64,000 nt of DNA. Origin: an uncultured delta proteobacterium (GTDB taxonomy: Bacteria > Myxococcota_A > Polyangia > Polyangiales > B10-G4). This document shows, in pieces, positions 61,200 through 64,000 of this stretch; the stretch's first letter is position 1; each line of letters opens with the position of its first letter. The stretch spans positions 64,001-128,000 of the forward strand of contig CAVSGI010000010.1 of NCBI GenBank assembly GCA_963727445.1. The letters are read 5' to 3'. The notes under the pieces were generated by a model that searched no databases, had not been told where the DNA came from, and was given only the letters and a program-made list of their open reading frames with translations. The translations under genes and the position numbers were made by a program.

Positions 61200-62027
61200 G
61201 TGACTCGCGTGAAGTGGACGCCGACAGCTCTCCCCCTCGTGCTCGCCCTCTGGGCGGCGGCGTGCGGGGGAGACGACGGTCATGGGGACGCCTCCGTCGA
61301 CACGGGCACCATGGACGGGACCACCATCGTCGATGGGGGTAGGACCGACAGCGGTACTCCGGGTGATGCCGGCCTGGACAGCGCGGTGCCCGACGCGGCG
61401 CCTCCTTCCTGCACCGGCGACTGCGATCCACGCGAGGGGGCTCCCTGCGGGGATGCTGGCGTCTGCGCGCTGGTCGCCGACGCGCCGATGTGCGCCGAGG
61501 CGCTGGGCACCAAGGCCGCCGGTGCCACCTGCGAGGCGGTGAGCGACTGCCTGCCGGGGCTCGCGTGCTTCATGCGTGCCGGCGGTGGCGTCTGTGCCGA
61601 CGTTTGCTGTCCGAGCGACGGCGTGTGTCCCGGCGACCAGCACTGCACCGGCGCCGGCATCCTCGTCGACGGCACCGAGACCGAGTGGTGGTCCTGCGTC
61701 GGCCTGCGCACCTGCGACGTCCTGCGGCCGGCCGAGGCCTGCGAGCGAGGGGAGGGCTGTTACATCGTCTCGACCGAGGGCGACACGGACTGCTTGCGTG
61801 CAGGAGCGGGAGAGGCGGGCGCCGATTGCGTCGATCAGAACGATTGCGCCTCCGGGTACTTTTGCGCGGGTGTCACCGTCGGGACCTGCGCGCGCATCTG
61901 CGAGATCGGCGCGACCAGTGGGCCGAGGGCCTGCCCCGATGGCGAGGGGAACTGCCAGGCGTATCCCTACTCGCCGGAGGGCACGGGTGTCTGCACGCGC
62001 GCCACGTCGGCGATGATGTTCAGATGA
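61200..62027 (+). CDS. Cys-rich lipoprotein, paralogous architecture to the upstream gene (start may be 61209)
   Basis: Lipobox AAAC, CDP...C..G..C modules, CC motif shared with 60360-61169. Confidence 0.85.
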   Translation: MTRVKWTPTALPLVLALWAAACGGDDGHGDASVDTGTMDGTTIVDGGRTDSGTPGDAGLDSAVPDAAPPSCTGDCDPREGAPCGDAGVCALVADAPMCAEALGTKAAGATCEAVSDCLPGLACFMRAGGGVCADVCCPSDGVCPGDQHCTGAGILVDGTETEWWSCVGLRTCDVLRPAEACERGEGCYIVSTEGDTDCLRAGAGEAGADCVDQNDCASGYFCAGVTVGTCARICEIGATSGPRACPDGEGNCQAYPYSPEGTGVCTRATSAMMFR

Positions 62028-62730
62028 GCGCGACGAAGCGCGCGAGGAGCTGAGCGCCCGCGGGCGTCTCCTGCACCGCCGCCGCCAGTCCTTCGGGGTC
62101 GCCGCCCTCGCCGCGAATCAGGTCGGCGCGCCGTTCGATGTACGTTCGGATCGCTTCAGCGTCGAACTCCGGATGAAACTGCACCGCCCACGCCCGGTCG
62201 CCGTAACGGAACGCGTGGTTTTCGTCCAAGGCGGCCGAGGCGAGGCGCGTGGCGCCTTCCGGCGGCCGCACGACGACCTGGCGATGGGTCGCCTGGAAAC
62301 GAACGGGTGAGTCGAAGACGCCGAGGAGCGGGTCGCGCCGCCCCTCATCGGTGAGCGTCACCTCGATGGTGCCGATCCGACGGCCTCTGGGGTTGTCGCC
62401 CACCTCTCCGCCGAGAGCGTCGGCCAGGAGCTGATGCCCATAGCAGATCGCCAGCACCGGCGCGCCGCGGGAAACGACGCGCGAGAGGAGCGCTCCGGCG
62501 GCGACGCTCCAGGGCTCCCGATCGGTGACCATCGCCGCCGAGCCGGTGACCACCATCGCTTCGATGGAGTCGGCGCTCGGCAGCGCGGACGCGCGCATCG
62601 CGTCGACCGTGAGCACGTCCTGCTCGGCCACGCCCAGGCCCCGCGTGATCCAACGCTCGTAGTCACCCCGTAGGCTGGCCACGTCCTCGAACGTCGATCC
62701 GGTCTTGAGGATCACGATGCGGCGACGCAC
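62020..62730 (-). CDS. Class I glutamine amidotransferase-like protein
   Basis: VVTGS, ICYGHQ (catalytic Cys), VQFHPE (His-Glu). Confidence 0.9.
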   Translation of the reverse strand: MRRRIVILKTGSTFEDVASLRGDYERWITRGLGVAEQDVLTVDAMRASALPSADSIEAMVVTGSAAMVTDREPWSVAAGALLSRVVSRGAPVLAICYGHQLLADALGGEVGDNPRGRRIGTIEVTLTDEGRRDPLLGVFDSPVRFQATHRQVVVRPPEGATRLASAALDENHAFRYGDRAWAVQFHPEFDAEAIRTYIERRADLIRGEGGDPEGLAAAVQETPAGAQLLARFVALI

Positions 62731-62752
62731 GCATGAATGATACAAGAAGCCG

Positions 62753-63031
62753 ATGGCCGCCGCCGCCTGCCAGAACCACCTCGATCGGGAGGCGATCGGC
62801 GTGTGCATCAAGTGTCGCAGCCGCATCTGCAGCGAGTGCGTGACCAAGGTGGACGGAATCAACTACTGCGTCACCTGCTACGCCCGGCTGGCGGGCCACG
62901 ACGCCGAGCAGCGAAAGAAGAAGCGCTTCGTCTTTCCCGAGGCCCTCGCCCCGGCCGCGGCCATCACCTGGCTCTTCGCGCTCACGCTCTTCGCCTGGGG
63001 TCTGCTCGAGATCGCCCTGAGGAGCGGCTGA
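62753..63031 (+). CDS. Small B-box-like zinc-finger membrane protein
   Basis: CQNH...CIKC...CSEC...YCVTC followed by one TM helix. Confidence 0.75.
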   Translation: MAAAACQNHLDREAIGVCIKCRSRICSECVTKVDGINYCVTCYARLAGHDAEQRKKKRFVFPEALAPAAAITWLFALTLFAWGLLEIALRSG

Positions 63032-64000
63032 ATGCGGCGGAGCCCCGGCGGCGATGGGCCTCTCTCGGCCATCGACACCACCTTCGCGCTCTTGAGGGGA
63101 GGCGACCTCCGTCTGTGGCTGCTGCCCATCACCGGCGGCCTGATCGCGGCGGCGCCGATCCTCGCCACCTTCTACTTCGAGCGCGTCGAGGGGCTGTCGC
63201 AGCTTCGGCCGCTGTTGGCGGCGGCGGTGGTGCTGGGGCTCGTGGGCCGGGCGCTCCTCGCCGCGCCGGCGGCGCGCCTCGGCGCGCATCAGCTCTGGCC
63301 CACGCTGCCGATCCCCGAGGGCGGGGGACGGACGATCGACGTGATTCGCACCGCCTCGGTCGTGACGCTCGGACTCTTCGGCTACCTCTTCGTGCTCGCG
63401 ACCGCGGCGCTGATCTCGCCGCTCTTCGCCCTCTTCGTGTCGCCCATCCTCATCTTTCGCGGTCTGTGGGCGCGGTCGTGGATCGCCCAGGCCGCCATCG
63501 CCGACGAAGGCGGCGTCTCGGTGTTGCTGAGGGCCCTCGCTGACGCGAGCGGGCGCCGCGTGCGTGGAGTCCTGGTCGAGCTGCTCCTCTTCCTCGGCAC
63601 CGCCGGCCTGGCGATCAACCTCTACCTCACCATGGCCATCCTGCTCCTGCTGCTCCGCTCGCTCCTCGGGCTGGATCTGGCGTCGGTGGATGCGTTCCTG
63701 TCGCTCCGCAACCCCATCGTGGGCGCCTCGATTCTCGTCTTGTCGGTCGTGCTCCTCGAGCCTCTGCGGGTGGGGCTGTCGGCCTACGCCTACGTCGATG
63801 CGCGCGTGCGAAAGGAGGGGCTCGACCTCCGCGCCGCGATCGACGACGCGGTGGGGGCGAGTGAGCGACGCCGGCGCGCGGAGGCTCCATCGGGCGCGGG
63901 CCTCGCGGCGGCCCTGCTCCTCGCCGTGCTCGGCGCGTCGGGCATGGCCCGCGCCCAGACGTCCGAGCCCGTGACTCCTACAGAGGAGACGCCCGGCGAG
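63032..64000 (+). CDS. Multi-pass membrane protein (3' partial), resembling membrane subunits of MoxR/DUF58-associated operons
   Basis: Open frame from ATG at 63032 to the window end (absent from the ORF track); many TM helices and YVDARVRKEGLDL motif. Confidence 0.7.
   Translation, partial: MRRSPGGDGPLSAIDTTFALLRGGDLRLWLLPITGGLIAAAPILATFYFERVEGLSQLRPLLAAAVVLGLVGRALLAAPAARLGAHQLWPTLPIPEGGGRTIDVIRTASVVTLGLFGYLFVLATAALISPLFALFVSPILIFRGLWARSWIAQAAIADEGGVSVLLRALADASGRRVRGVLVELLLFLGTAGLAINLYLTMAILLLLLRSLLGLDLASVDAFLSLRNPIVGASILVLSVVLLEPLRVGLSAYAYVDARVRKEGLDLRAAIDDAVGASERRRRAEAPSGAGLAAALLLAVLGASGMARAQTSEPVTPTEETPGE

Overview
Very GC-rich chromosomal window from a myxobacterium. A Polyangia/Sandaracinaceae-like origin is inferred from the Cys-rich lipoproteins, several Hanks-type kinases and a needle-less T3SS-type export gate. 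Housekeeping genes (end of a che cluster, trpFBA, rnd, recN, alaS, dnaX-ybaB-recR, dinB, pyrG) are interleaved with envelope and secreted proteins, four Ser/Thr (pseudo)kinases, lipid enzymes, a TRAP permease pair and a MenAT1-like toxin-antitoxin pair. No rRNA, tRNA, CRISPR array, integrase or transposase was found. Many genes, including essential alaS and pyrG, carry indels concentrated in three patches, most likely long-read consensus errors. Leading observations: (1) exported proteins are almost free of lysine and often Met-enriched, and the switch is visible across the membrane within one pseudokinase; (2) an operon of a beta-propeller di-heme enzyme, an MsrQ-like protein without MsrP and an orphan SctV, followed by a ~165-nt rod-like hairpin; (3) an operon of a GS-like protein, a GPAT, a catalytically degenerate GpsA and an Fe-ADH; (4) sigma54 boxes before several envelope genes; (5) structured intergenic elements with GCGNAGC mini-hairpins. 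All residue counts and alignments were done by eye; no database searches were run.
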